Shown here piece by piece: positions 1 to 13,578 of a DNA stretch of 64,000 nucleotides. The stretch's first letter is position 1. Each line of letters begins with the position of its first letter. The translations under genes and the position numbers were made by a program. Location of the stretch: positions 79,732,001 through 79,796,000 of the forward strand of contig NW_024704744.1 of the NCBI RefSeq assembly GCF_018977255.1. The letters are read 5' to 3'. This stretch comes from Callorhinchus milii. Lineage: Eukaryota. A model generated the notes under the pieces. That model worked only from the letters and a program-made list of their open reading frames with translations. It searched no databases and was not told the DNA's origin.

Positions 1-1723
1 TGAGCTGCAGGACTCACAATTATCCATATGGACTATGAACTGACTGCACAATCCGATGCAAGAAAGAGAGAGAAACAGAGACACACACACACTATTCACT
101 AATTTTTGATTCATAATGAAGCAGTTCCAATTAGGCCAGATATCAGCCTCGCTACTGCATTACAAATTGGACATGAATTTCATTCTAAAAATGCGACTCA
201 GAACTCACATTTATTTGCATTAAGTAATCCAAATTTGTAAAATACTACATTAAGAATTGTTGGTGCCAGTCTAAAGTAGATCCATCTGAAAATTAGATTG
301 CAGAATATCCTACCTTACAATAGTTTTGACCGATACCTTTGCTATACTAACTTTGCTAGCAAAACTGTGGCACGTTAATAATATTACCTCAATAGTCGGA
401 TTTATTGGCAACACATAGCTAACTCTCTTCATAATATGGCAGCACCTCTCTACTGCTTCTCAAGATCAAAACAACAACTTGCACTTTTTTAGCGCCCTCC
501 ACGCAGGGTAGTGTCTCAGAGCGCTTAACAGTGGCAGAGCCTGACAAGTTATTGCAAGTATCAATTAAGTTCTGATCCCCAAAACTTATACTCAAGCTCT
601 ATTGCGCTCTGGTTAGGCAGCACCTAGAGTACCCCATTCAGTCGTAGTTGCCACGACTGAAGGGGGCTACCCAGGCCATTGAGGCGGTATAGAGGAGAGC
701 AATGAGGATGATTCCTAGTGTTATTATTAAACAAGCTGGCGGTGTTCAGTCTTGAAAGGAGATGTCCCAGAGAGGTACAGGAATTAAGATTTCAAATGGA
801 ATTGAAAATGTAAATCCAGAAAAATGCACTGTGACAACAGAAGAGGTTTAAGTTTTGGGCTATGAAGGTCAATTTCAGGACAGGAAGTGTTTCTCTACTG
901 AGAGATAATTAACAATGAACAAGTTGAGCCAGGTCCTCAAACTCATTTAAAAAACAGCTCAGCTGTAAGGTAAATATTCTGGATGGATGAGATTAGGTGG
1001 GCCAAAGGCAAACCTCTCTTGTGCTCATGTGAATAAATTGGTGGTGCCCTAACCAACAGATAAATTGAGTAATTCCCTTTAAGAGACTGTTTTTATGATT
1101 CTGGTGTGCACTAATAGGTTGTCGGATTTCCCTACAAAATGTTCATAGTTACCACTTGTAATACAGATATTAACGTTATACAGGCCACTGTCCTAAACGT
1201 AAAGGTTATTGTTAATTTAACGGGAACCCATTTGTTTTAAAATCATTTTATATGGATACAGAATGCATCTAAAGTATCGGTATTATTTATACTTTAAACC
1301 TCTGCTGTTAGATTATGACATTAAATTACAGTGCTCAGTGCCCCTGATGGCATTAGATATCAGGTTCCACTGCAATATTGCAAAGGATTGTACCACACCA
1401 ATGATAAAACATTTTTACAATTCAACAGCCACTGGACAGCTACCTGAACAACTGTCAAAAGAAATATAGTGGTGTAAAGGATGTACAATTCTGAATCTAC
1501 ACCTATGAATAATTCTGAATTACTACAATGTCTTCAAATTTAACAAAAAAAACTGGAACGGTAGTGTAGGCATCCACAGATTTTGATTTAAAATAAGATA
1601 TCTGCTATTGGAAAATGCATTTTAGACTGTTCATGCTCATTATGGTCAAATGGAGTTTATAAGAAAAATTCACTTGAGCTTTACTCTCATGGTTCAGGAT
1701 GCCTTATGTGCTTCTTATATAAC

Positions 1724-1980
1724 AATAATAATAATCCTTGCATTTGATATAGCCCTTTTCACGTCGGGAGGACGTCCCAAAGCGCTTCACAGAACACACT
1801 GTAAAGTGAATTGACTGTATATTTCTGGGCGAACGCGGCAGCCAATTGCGCACAGCAATGTCCCACAAACAGTCGTAGATTGAAAATGGCCAATTTATTA
1901 TTGTTTTTGGTTTTTTGAAGCGCTTGGGAACACTAGTCCGCATGAAGGGCACGATATAAATGCAAGTTGTTGTTGTTGAG
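1724..1980 (-). mobile_element. Headless SINE body and tail, plus an adjacent L2 tail
   Basis: Near-identical to 28161-28350. Confidence 0.8.
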
Positions 1981-2897
1981 CAAGTATCAGCTTGATACTG
2001 TTATACACTTTAGGTGATGATAGATTTTGGACTAAGGACCAGTAAAAACGTAAACCCCCCTCGAGTGGGCCAGTTTAAATGGTGTTTCTCCTGAATGTAG
2101 GAGATGTTTTCAATAGACGGCCTACTTAGGGTTAAAATATGCCAAGCAATCTTTCTGAACACTAAAAATGTACAGCTCCAGAGTTGCTGACTGTAACACA
2201 ATTACCAATGTAATCAACATATAATTTTTCAATTCCACACTACATTGATTTTTTTAAAAATTGTTCAGATCATTTATTTGACATTTCAATTTACGGTTAC
2301 TAACTATTTCTTTTCCTGTCAAAAGGGACAATAATATATTCCTCACGTACAAATTCAAGCCGAACTATGTGATCCTTTAAGGGATCGTCATACAAAGAAG
2401 CCACCTTGGCAGACAGCACTGTAAGAGAAATGATAGCTAGGCAATGAAATAGTGCAGGAAGGTGCAAGTGGCAGAACATAACAGTACATCAAATAAAAAA
2501 AGCCATTACATGCTGCTAATGCAGTTCATGGGATCAATGAGAACACCTGCAAGCAGTCTTCTACAACTTGAAAATCTCTTTAACTCCTTGCAAACCATGG
2601 CAGAGTTGCTGCAATATATATATATATATAAAAAAAATACACACACACAAGTTTCTTCCCCAACACTAAAAAAATCTATGTTCAAATGGACAATCTACAT
2701 GCTAGTATCGGTCAATGTTGTTCCAGAAGGGATATGGATAAAAGAGCGATGAAATGGTTTAAAAATATTAAGACCTGCCGTAATCTAATAAAATAGCACA
2801 AGTAATTTAATGGACTGAATAGCCTATTTGTATATTACAAACGCAAGAGGTCAATGAAACCCTTTTCCTGCCTTTAGATAAATGGCTTACCAGACTA

Positions 2898-3215
2898 TCA
2901 ATAATAACAACAATTCTTGCATTTTATATAGCTCCTTATCACTTCATTGAGGTGTCTCAAAGCGCTTCACAGAATATATTGTAAAATGAAATGACTGTAT
3001 TTTATGGGCAAAACACAACAGCCAATTGCGCACAGCAGGGTCCCATAAACAGTCGTGGATTGAGTGACCAAATATATTTATTTAGAAGAGATGATTACCC
3101 CCAGAAAGCGATCCGTCAATCGACTAAGAACCAATTTTCTATTTAGTACTAGGTAAATAGTGGCGAGTGGAGTAAAGAACCTTGCCTAAGGTTTCACCCT
3201 GCCCTGGGTGAAATA
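2898..3215 (-). mobile_element. SINE (long form, truncated head)
   Basis: Family body and tail. Confidence 0.8.
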
Positions 3216-6200
3216 TACAGTGAATTCTGTGGGTGAAATATACAGGCAATTCACTATCCTTGTATACCATTGCTAACTTGTTAAATACCTTTAAAATCAA
3301 TAGTTACCGAATGACCGAATGCTTAGAATCACCTGAGACAAATGCCATCTTATCAGCAGCTTTTTTTTAAAAAAAGGTAGTTGGTTTTCTGACAGGCAGT
3401 GATGTAAACATAGCCATTCACCAACCCAACTCCTTCTTGTAGTACCTAAATGAGGAAGGAGTGGAGAATTATTCACAGCTGCTTACCTGGTCCTCTGTGA
3501 TCTCAAATTAACTTGGAAGACTTATTGTGGAATACTATATCAACTGGAAATACGCTATGATTTTCTTCTTCCAATACGCCCTAAAACGTAGCCCTTTATT
3601 ATTTACTAATTCAGTAATTAACTTCCATTTTTGTAATTTACAGATTTTCTGATTAGTATAGCAAATAATTTGTCACAAGACAGAGAGCAATTATGAAAAT
3701 AGATTAAGCAGACATTCTACTACATCTGAATTAATAACCCAACACGATTAAATATTCTTTTAAATATTATCTAACGTTTGATATACAAAACAAATCTAGA
3801 ATAGTACATGCACATGTGCATTCGCACACACACACCTGAATTAATCAATAAAATATTAAAATAATTTCCAAATAAACCAAATTACTTTTCAAACCACAAA
3901 TTGCCTGGCCATTTGAAAGTTTTTTTTTAAAAAAAGATGAAATAAGTAATTTCTGATCCTATTCTCTTTAAAACAAAACAAAAGTTCCAGGGAAGAATTG
4001 AGAGCGCTACACATAATGCATTTCTCAAGTAGAACAAGGCACAGATGGCCACTGTGACAGTAGCGCATTCATTTAAACGTGTGCATATTTCCATGGAGAA
4101 GTAAAATGTGGTTTAAACTTTCAGTCAGTCCACTGAGCATGAAGGACTTGTAAATGAGTCATCTAATATTGCTTAGTAATACAATAATCATAGCTTCATT
4201 TAAATCATTTAGAAGGTAATTTTGTATGTGTATCGAATTGTTTTTAATCTTGTGCTAGTGAAATGCTTATTCCACCATATTACAAAACACTTAAAAGTAT
4301 CTTAACAATGTAGGGCAAGGAAATTAAATGCTGTTGGAATTTGTAATTGCAAGGTTCCATGATACAAATTGACTCCTCACTGAAGGCTTTCCTAGCACTG
4401 AGCCAGAACTGCTCAACCTTTCATTATCGGTCATGATTATGAATTCATTTCCAGTTCTTACACTTACAGATGTAAATTCCTAACTCAGTGATAAATTGTG
4501 CTGCCAAAAAAATGGATTCGTGATCAGTGAAATGACTTGATAAGTTGTCAGAGCTGCGTCAAATTAGAATTCATCCTTTCTGCACCTGTTCATTAGGAGA
4601 AGGGTTCAGAGCAACTTCAAGGATTGATTGCAAACTTACATTACTGTGATGTATTCATAGTCTCATCAAAACTCTACCATGATAATGCGTTTTTGAACAT
4701 CCAATAAGGGGGAAGGAATTCACATAATACATTCAGTTTATGGTCCCACTACACACAAAATGTAGTTACTTTGACCTTTTGACACACTATGAAAAAGACT
4801 TGCCTACATTTAAATGAAAACTTTTATATGTCATTACCTATGCCATTACTAATGAAAATATGATTAAAATGATACAAAGTTTATTGAAGTAAGATGGTAA
4901 AGCTGTGAATGTCTTTGAAAATCACAATTTTATATTTTTTAAATATTTTAAGCGGTAAATTAAACAAATCTCACTACATATTCAGCAGTTAAGAACAAAT
5001 AAATGTTTCCACATTTACTTGAACACCGACAAACTGACAAATATCTATCAAAGAGAACCAAATTAGTTAGCAAGTCAGTTTGGGATTTTGTATATGTGAT
5101 ATGAAGTTAAATTCCATTCAGTCCTTGTGCAGATGGGTTGTGATGCATCCAAAACATGTAAAATCAGTTTTGATCAAGTTTCAGTAAATCAAACTCCATT
5201 GTTAACTGAATATATATTTCCCACAAATCATCCTGTAGGGCTTTCATCATTCTGAACCTCATAATATTAACCATAAATTTGCAGTCTAGACAAGCAGTCA
5301 GACAACCCATTAGTACCATACAGTCATAGAGGTGATTACTTTTATCTCTACAGAATTGAATCCAGCTGATTCCAAGAAATGCTAATATTTTAGAATTTGG
5401 ACATTTAGAAACAAGCAGCTTTTTAAATTAGAAATGCCACTGAAAAGTATACTGAACTGGAAAACCAGTCACCAATTGTAATTCCGAATACTATATTGTC
5501 CTGTTATAAATATTTTTAACAAGATATTGAACCAGCAGTGCAATCTGCAATTTTCCCAACTACAAAGCAATTGTTGGAACCAAATAGAATGAATCAAGCA
5601 GTTGAAAGGAATGGAGATTGGGGGAAAAACAAATCAGTATTTGTTGTTGAATACAAGCTCCAAACAAATTTTGCTGATGAATGTCAACCTTTATTTCAGT
5701 GTACCCTGGTGACACAAGAACACATCTCAACATGCCATCAATCTGAAAATACTCTGGTAAAAATTGCATCCTGTGTTAAGTTCATTAACACATCACTGAA
5801 AATTCCACCCACAGTTGATAACTAAAGACACCCACTAGTTTGCAAGAGTGATTTCTTCTTCCGCCACGCACTAGCCAGCTTGTAGTTTTGGACTGCCAGT
5901 AAGTGCAATTTTAGCTTTACTTAACATAAAATATTGTAATAAAGCTGGCATCCTGTTGACAGTCAGTTTAATGCTGGAATCTGCAGGCCAGCAACTAGAC
6001 CAATCATTGTGATAAACTCACTGAGGAGCCACACCAACAGACTAGTTGATGTCTAACTATCTATCTTTAAAAATATAATTTTTTTAAAGTTCAAATACAT
6101 CACTAGGCACAATTTGTTGCCCAGTGAATAGATATCTTACACTGGGTAGTAGGTGGGAGATCTGGAAGAAACAAATAGAGTAAACAAGAGAAGATTAAAC

Positions 6201-6734
6201 AAACTGAGAATTGGAAGATTTATTTCCTTTTCCTTAATCTTGAAGGTTTTAAACTTTGGAAGTTCAAAGATTGGTGAGATGCTGCTGCACATGCAGGAGT
6301 ATTGGGGTGCAAGTGTAGTTCTCATGTTATATATGTGAAGCACTGAACATAGGTGAGCTGTTTCTCCGCAGACTAGAGGAAGAATTCTAGCCACCAGGCA
6401 AAAGAAATGTGCTCGGTGGCTAGAATTGACACAAGAGATGCCGCAATTTGGTTGGGGTGTCTTAAGAGAAAAATAACCCCCCTTTTCAAAAATGCAACCT
6501 CTTTAGCTCTAATTAAAATTAACAATTATGGAAAAACTAAATGTAAATGTTAACGTAAATTACAAGCCTGCCTTTTGTACATAAAATACAAGATGTTTTT
6601 CTAGCTATCTAATCAAAAGCAATGGTTTGTAATAGTGGTTGTATTATGGGGTTCAGCAGGTGCAGAACTTACATGGGATCTTTGATGTCCACCTGAACAG
6701 GCAAATGGGACTTTGGTTTAATGTCACATCCAAA

Positions 6735-7035
6735 GGACGAGATGTTAAACTGAGGTCCCGTCTGCCTGTTCAGATGGACATTAAAGAAACCATAACACTA
6801 TTCGAAAAGAGAAAAAAAGATTCACCTCCAATTTTCTGGCCAGCAATCCACCAAATAAAATTGGTCAATCACTCCATTGCTGTTTGTGGAACATACCTGT
6901 GCACAACTGGCTACCAAGTTCTGCCCCAAAATAACCAGTCAAAAAAACTACTTTACAGTGTATCACGTAAAGCGCTTTGAGCCATCTCAATGACATGATA
7001 AGACGCTATGTCAAATGCAAGGATTATTATTATTA
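6735..7035 (+). mobile_element. DeuSINE-like element (SacSINE1/AmnSINE Deu domain)
   Basis: gatgttaaactgaggtcccgtctgcctgttcagatggac..cactattcgaaaag matches the recalled Deu domain, with an L2-type tail. Confidence 0.75.
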
Positions 7036-7274
7036 GGAGGAACTAATCCACTTACTGCCTGAAGCGATGATTGAAGCACAGAGTGTAGATCCATTCAGGA
7101 GGAAGCTACACCTTCACAGGGAATCAAATAACACCAATAACAACATTTATCAAGACCAATAAAAAGAATTTTAAATCACCTACCTATTATGCTTGACCGC
7201 TTATTATCATAATTTTGGGAGGAGTGAAGGAGTAACCTGTATGTCATAGGATTAAATGCTTCCAATTACCACAA

Positions 7275-7660
7275 TTATAATAATAATCCTTGCATTTGAT
7301 ATAGCGCCTTACTTTGTCCAGATGTCTCAAAGTGCTTCACAGGATATACTGTAAAGTGGATTTACTGTGTATATTGTGGGTGAAACGAGGCAGCCAATTG
7401 CACAAAACAGTGCCCCACAAATAGCCAATTTTATTTGAGGGATTTTGTTGGCCAGGACACCGGAAGAAACTTCCTTTTTTCAAATAGTGCCGTGGGATCT
7501 TTAACGTCCACCTAAACAGACAGATGAGACCTCGGTTTAACAGACAATGCAACACACCCCCAGTAATGCATTGGAGTGTCAGCTTAGACTATGTAATTCC
7601 ATAGTCTGACGTGAACCGTGAACCCAGAACTTTGTGAGCACTGATTGAGGCTGATACACC
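7275..7660 (-). mobile_element. DeuSINE-like element
   Basis: Reverse-complement Deu domain plus tail. Confidence 0.75.
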
Positions 7661-7675
7661 ATAATAATTCCATAC

Positions 7676-7699
7676 GCACACACACACACACACACACAC
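7676..7699 (+). repeat. (CA)n microsatellite
   Basis: Visible dinucleotide run. Confidence 0.9.
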
Positions 7700-9405
7700 G
7701 TGTGATTCACTGAGGAAATAAATCGTCTGGCCAGTTAATTTTCAACTAGTAGAGCTGGTAATGGATATGACCTAAGATCCTATAACATCATCAGCATTAC
7801 TTGTGTTTCAAATAATTATCTACAGTAATATAATTACACACATGGTAAAATTGATCCTTGAAGTCACTCAACCAGCCACTACAAACATCAGCTTGTCAAG
7901 CATCTGAGTGAAAGCCATAAAGTAATTTCTGAAAATCATACAGACTTGCTACAGTAGGTAGATAAACACCTCATTAATCCTACATTAGTTTATTACTTAA
8001 TGAAAGTTTGTCCTTACTGTTCACAAACGCAGAGTAATAGCACCTTCTGTTGTCTTGCTAGCACTTTTTTTTGTCTTAGGAAGACACTAGAGGTGCTATT
8101 AATGCATCTGTGCAGAGCGAAATCAGGCCTCAATAAAGCAATTTCTCATTGACAGAGTATGAAGAATGATTAACAGACCATTTACTTTCTAGAAAAAACT
8201 GCAATTGCCTTTGGCCTAGCTCTGGAGGAGGTAAAGACAAAAAATTGGTACAAAGGCACAATTACAAATCTGATTGATAGAAGAGAGTGGAGATGTCACT
8301 CTGCTACGGCATTTACAGCAAAATAAAACACACTTTACTGAACAAAGTTAATGTGGCACACACAGGACAGTTTGGATCAACATTGTCACAATCTGCATGA
8401 GACAGCACTGTCAAAATGAGAGACACTGCTGCTGTTGATTTGCAAATTAGCCTTTCAAGCAAAACAGCAAGCAAGAAATTTGAGGTCTATTAATGCAACT
8501 GTTCATATTTGCTTGAGGATATTCTTGAACAGAATTATAAAGCTGATGAACCAATCGTGGAATTTCTTCCAGCATTAAAATACTACAGATTGAATGCTTC
8601 ACTATATGAAGCTCAACTTTACAAAGGGCTGAATACAAAAGACCTGTTAGCTTTAGGCTAAAATGTGGTGTAAGCAATACCATTTTGCGCAGCAAGCTAT
8701 ACGAGTGCAGCATTCAGTCCTGCCACCTTGAATCTGAATTGAAGTAAATTAATAATATTATGCCTTTCTGATTACACAAAGGGTAAGGACAACGCTGTGG
8801 GACTAAATCATACTAATCAAACAATCCTCCCGGTGGGTGGGTGGTGGTGGGTGGGAGGGAGAAGAAGAGGAGGTAAGGAGGGAGTAAGAAGAAAACGTTT
8901 AAAAGTAAAATTTACAGGATTTTTGTCCAGAATAAGAAACCGAGCCATAATATTCCACAAGAATACCCCAAAAGAAATCTGCCACCTGGTTCAAATTTGG
9001 ACAGGTTTATATAATCTCTAAGTGTTATTAACTCACAACCTGCTCAGAAGTATTCGGATAACACAGTGGTCTGAAATATTACATAATGTAATTGCTTTTT
9101 AACCTCTAGAATTAAATAAATGATAATAGATGTCTATTGTACCAAAATCAAATCTGTAAAGAAATTGCTTCCATGGATTTCAGCACTATCCACATACATT
9201 CAAATGTAAAGTGTACACAATAGCCCTGTGCAAATTTTACAAAAAATAAAGATTACTTTTTGTATCAACCCCAAATCTACAAGAAATATATAGATTTTAG
9301 TGGCGCAAATTAATCACACGTGCACACCAATGGAACCAAGGTGTAGAATTACATGAATGGTTTCACGAACACAATTTCTCATTAGGTTTTAATAAGTATA
9401 CCAAC

Positions 9406-9516
9406 CTGCATTTACTATTGCGTCAATTTTAAGTTTTGTTATATCGCCTCTGTAGAGTGAAACCTTATCACTCAGATTAGTATTTTGGGGGTCAGACACC
9501 TCTTCATCGTCATCAT
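9406..9516 (-). CDS. MACROD2: MACROD2 exon starting the macrodomain (DDDDEEVSDPQNTNLSDKVSLYRGDITKLKIDAIVNA)
   Basis: KVSLYRGDIT..IDAIVNA is the signature start of MacroD-type ADP-ribose glycohydrolases. Acceptor tttgcag, donor GTTGGT. Synteny with SEL1L2 and NDUFAF5 favours MACROD2 over MACROD1. Confidence 0.93.
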
Positions 9517-10930
9517 CTGCAAAGTAAAATGGATTAATCAGCCTTTTGGCATCAAATTCCCCAAACAAATAATTATCTTCAGTCAATAAAGGTCAGCAAA
9601 CATGGTTAAGAAATTTGTTTGCCTCCTAGTGCCTCTTCTATGTCATAACAGCACAATCCCAATTTGTGACTACTGGGGCATGGTTTCATCAGAGGCATTT
9701 TCCTTCCAGTTTTTTTATTCATGTATGAACACTGGAAACATCAGCAAGCAAAATGATCATTGAGGGCATTGCAGCTAAACACAATCCTGTACTCACTGAA
9801 CATCAACACACATGCACCTCCAGCGGGGAAGCCATTTAATCCAATTTGGTGTCAACAAACCAGCTGGATAGTTTAATCTTCAGTCTCTGCTGTTCAAATG
9901 AAGAGTTTTAGATTTGATCATCTCACCGGATAACTTGATTTTCACACATCTACTGCTATGTTAATTTGCTACATAGTATAGCTGGGAATCCCACCGTGAC
10001 ATTGATACATACACCTTCTGCCTGCCAAGTCACAGTACAGAACTGGGACTTCCTGCACCAAGAGAAAGAAAGTCCTCCTCCTGCCCATCAAAAACAGAAT
10101 CGAAATTCTACAATCACATTTTAAAGCTTCTTGCTTAGAGTGTTTACTCCATTTTCACAAAACAGAAGGTCTTTTAGTGATGACAAAAGGGTCTCAGTCA
10201 GTTTGTACAGACTGATCACAATCACAACCAACAATTTTAAAAAAATAAACACACAATCTGGTTTGGCAAATAAAAATTGCATGTTTCCTGGAATGAATAA
10301 TGACACAAGTATTATTAAAAGTATGGTATTTCTATGTGTGAACTACGTATGTGAGCAGTAAATAAAACATCAGAATTTAAACTAGAAGTGATAATTTCTG
10401 TTGATGCTTCATAATTTGTTTGCTCAATTTAAAGACGTTCCTATATTCTATGAGATTTGCTTCAGGTTTTAAAAGAATTATCCTGAGTGAATCCAATGCA
10501 TTAAAGGCCAGTCTATGTTTTTTTAAAAAACTCACCCTGGTGTAATCTTTACTTTGAAATTTACATTAAAAGTTACATAAACAAACAATAATTCTTACAG
10601 TTCGCATAGCGCAGGGGTCATTTAAGTTACCACTGTTCACTTCGGAAGTTTAAAGATCACAGTGAGTAGGGAGGGGAGAGAGAGAGAGACGAGCAGGGCT
10701 TCCTTGAAGCTGAACTGGCTTGGCAACAGAATTGTCGGAATCAAGTCAACCCTCTTTGGTGATCTCAGTAGTTAAGAACTCGGTTGTATTGGATGCTCTT
10801 AAGCATGGTAGAACGATTTCCGCACAAGTGACACACCCAGCGGACAAAAAAAAGTAAATGACTCACAAAACTTGCAAAGAGAAAAAAAAACATTACACAA
10901 CCACTTTTTTTTTTACTTTGACAAACCAAC

Positions 10931-11041
10931 CTGCATGTTCTGCTGGGCTATCTTTAGGTTTTGCATCACCTCCTCCAGATTGAATCTCTTTATCTGCTGT
11001 CTTGGCATTTTCTTGAATAATATCCCCTTCCTCTTCTTTAT
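10931..11041 (-). CDS. MACROD2: MACROD2 putative duplicated and diverged exon (DKEEEGDIIQENAKTADKEIQSGGGDAKPKDSPAEHA)
   Basis: Acceptor tgttgcag|AT, donor GCAG|GTTGGT, 111 nt, phase 1-1, open frame. Same length and junction sequences as the 9406-9516 exon. Confidence 0.65.
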
Positions 11042-12489
11042 CTGCAACAATAAATAGTTTTAATTCTGCATCATATACAGGTTTAATCCTACATAGTTTA
11101 CTTGCTAAAAGTTATCAATAAAGACCATAAGTGTTAGTATCATTACTCATCCAGAAAGCACCTTTGTGGACTCAGTTTAACTTGAACTCCGCTAAGATCC
11201 GATTACATCTATTGGTGCAGTGGCAAATAGAATGGACAGACTGACCCAATGATATAAGGAAAGGGATTGTCATACAATCAGTCTTTTCTGAAGCATACAG
11301 GACCAAACTCATTTTCTCTTTCAATCCTGCTTGGAGTCTGGATGTGAATTTCTCTTTTCCATCATGTTTTGAAAACAATTTTTTTTTTGGCTCATCGCTA
11401 TTATATTCTTATCCCTCATAGTGGTATTGCCAAAGAAGACATCAACTGGATATGTACAACAGATGAATTTTCCAGGCAAGGTATTTATGATGGTTTTCCC
11501 CATCGTCAATTATTTCTCTCGGATTTCCCGTTTCAGTACCTTTGTCCCTTTCTGAGTGCTTTGAGATGATAATGTTTGTTTATGCTCAGCCCTTAGTCAT
11601 TGTTGGCAACAAAAACAAGTTTGTTTTGTTCAAGCTACTGAAGAGGCTGGGGCAGCTCATCCTTTGATTTTTTCTATTATGAGGCTATGTCTCTAAATAA
11701 ATCTGGAAAGAATTATATTTAGAGTTTGGATGCATGATAGATTTCGTTAAGATTAGTGGCATTAAACACCTCTTCTATCTGAGAACTCCGACAGACTGGA
11801 TATTGCAATCGTTTAATTACCTGTTTCCTGGGTTGAGTTACCCTTTGCTTAAAGCAGAGTGCACCATTATGCTCCCAGTAAGATGAGACAATTGCTTAGC
11901 GTTTGAAGGAGGGTAGCCTGGGGCAGCAGCTACTTGTCCTGATAGGGAGTTACACCAAAATTCAAAACATATGGAGGCATTACCAGGGAAGCTTATAAAG
12001 TTGACTGCATTTATATCACATGCAAAAAACCTGGCTCCTCACAGCACATTAGAGCTTCTTCAATTTTCTATTACAGAATTCTTTTAACCGTTGCGTCCTA
12101 CTTTCATTAATACGTGGGACGTCCTCCTGACGTGAAAAGCGCTATACAAATGTAATTTTGTATTCTAATATTGTAGGAAGTGGCTTAAACTTGTAATAGT
12201 TAAAACAAGCTATTTTCTCCATAAATGCATTGTGACCGCCAGAAAGGTGGAAGCCAGACTAGATGGACCTTGGTCTTTTTCGTCTTGCATTTCTTATGTT
12301 CAATTGCAGACTTCTAGAATATGAAAATCAACACACTGGAATGCTAATACATTTTGCTGTACATAATAGATTAGTGTGTTGAGGAGTGGAAATAAGCATT
12401 AATATTCCTTTATGAAGATTTTTAATTTAAAATGTTTTATATTTGAAATTCTACCATGCATTTTTTTTAAAAAAAGGAAGCTACAACAA

Positions 12490-12682
12490 AAACAGTGGTT
12501 AAAACAGCTTCCATAGTAGTTTTAAAAGGAAATTAAACAAATATGTGTAATAGGAAAAATCTAAATGCAAATAGGGGAAAAAGGCAGGAGAGTGGATTAA
12601 ATAGATTACGCATTCAGAGAGCTGACACGAGCATAATGGTGAAACGGCCTCCTTCTGTGGTGTAAAATTCTATAATTCTATT
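12490..12682 (+). mobile_element. Decayed CR1 3' end
   Basis: ggaaaaaggcaggagagtgg...ggcctccttctgt...ttctataattcta tail. Confidence 0.6.
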
Positions 12683-12927
12683 ACAATACTAAAACAGAAC
12701 TGACATTAGACAGACACTGGTGTTGCAAAGGATTACCAATTACAGACTAACTATTATGCAACATAAAAGGTTCTCATAATTTGCTAAATAGGAAAAAAAC
12801 TGTTGCGATGGCCTCATTATCAGAACTATAAGCAATCAAGTTGTCTGAGTGCTATACATTGGCGGCGGGGGGGGAAATCAGAGTACACCATCGATTCTGT
12901 TGTCACTACAAAAATTGTACTCTGTCT

Positions 12928-13390
12928 ACAACAACAGAGTTAAGTTTATAGAGCGCCTTTCACATTGGAAGAACGTCCCAAGGCCCTGGACAGTCAGGGG
13001 TCAGGACCCGAGCATGGGGGAGAGGTGGGGTAGGGATGAGGGAAGGCAACTGAAGGCACGATCGAAGAGGAGGGTCTTGAGACCGGCCTTGAAGGAGGAA
13101 AGGGAGGAAGCGAGGCGAAGGGAGTTCCAGAGAATGGGGGCACAGAGGCTGAAAGCCCGGCGACCGATGGTAGGGCGTGTCAGGTGGGAGACATGGAGCA
13201 GGCTGGAGCCCACTGAACGGAGTGAGTGGGCAGGTTGGTAGGGAATCAGCAGGTCAGAGAGATAGGAGGGGCAAAGCCATGGATGGCCTTGAAAGTGAGG
13301 AATCTTGAATTCGATCCTCTGAGGGATGGGGAGCCAGTGCAGTCGGGCGAGGGTGGGAGTGATGGGGTCACGGAGCCTGGTGCGCGAGAG
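12928..13390 (-). mobile_element. L2 LINE 3' fragment, tail type B
   Basis: Decayed ORF2 end (RPTIGRRAFS..APILWNSL..SLSSFKAGLKTLLFD) plus L2-type tail. Confidence 0.9.
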
Positions 13391-13560
13391 TACACGAGTC
13401 TAAAACCTAACGTTTGGAATATTGACACGCCAGCTTATTTATCAGCATACACGCCAACCTTTAGAAGCAGGATTTTACAAGTTAACATAGTGTTTTGTAA
13501 CGTACTAAATTGATTAATAACAGAACAACCCCTATTGTATTTTCCAACATGGTTACTTTG

Positions 13561-13578
13561 TATGCCACCTAGTGGTAT
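13561..13578 (-). promoter_or_regulatory. Candidate CTCF core site
   Basis: Minus strand reads CCACTAGGTGGCA. Confidence 0.45.
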
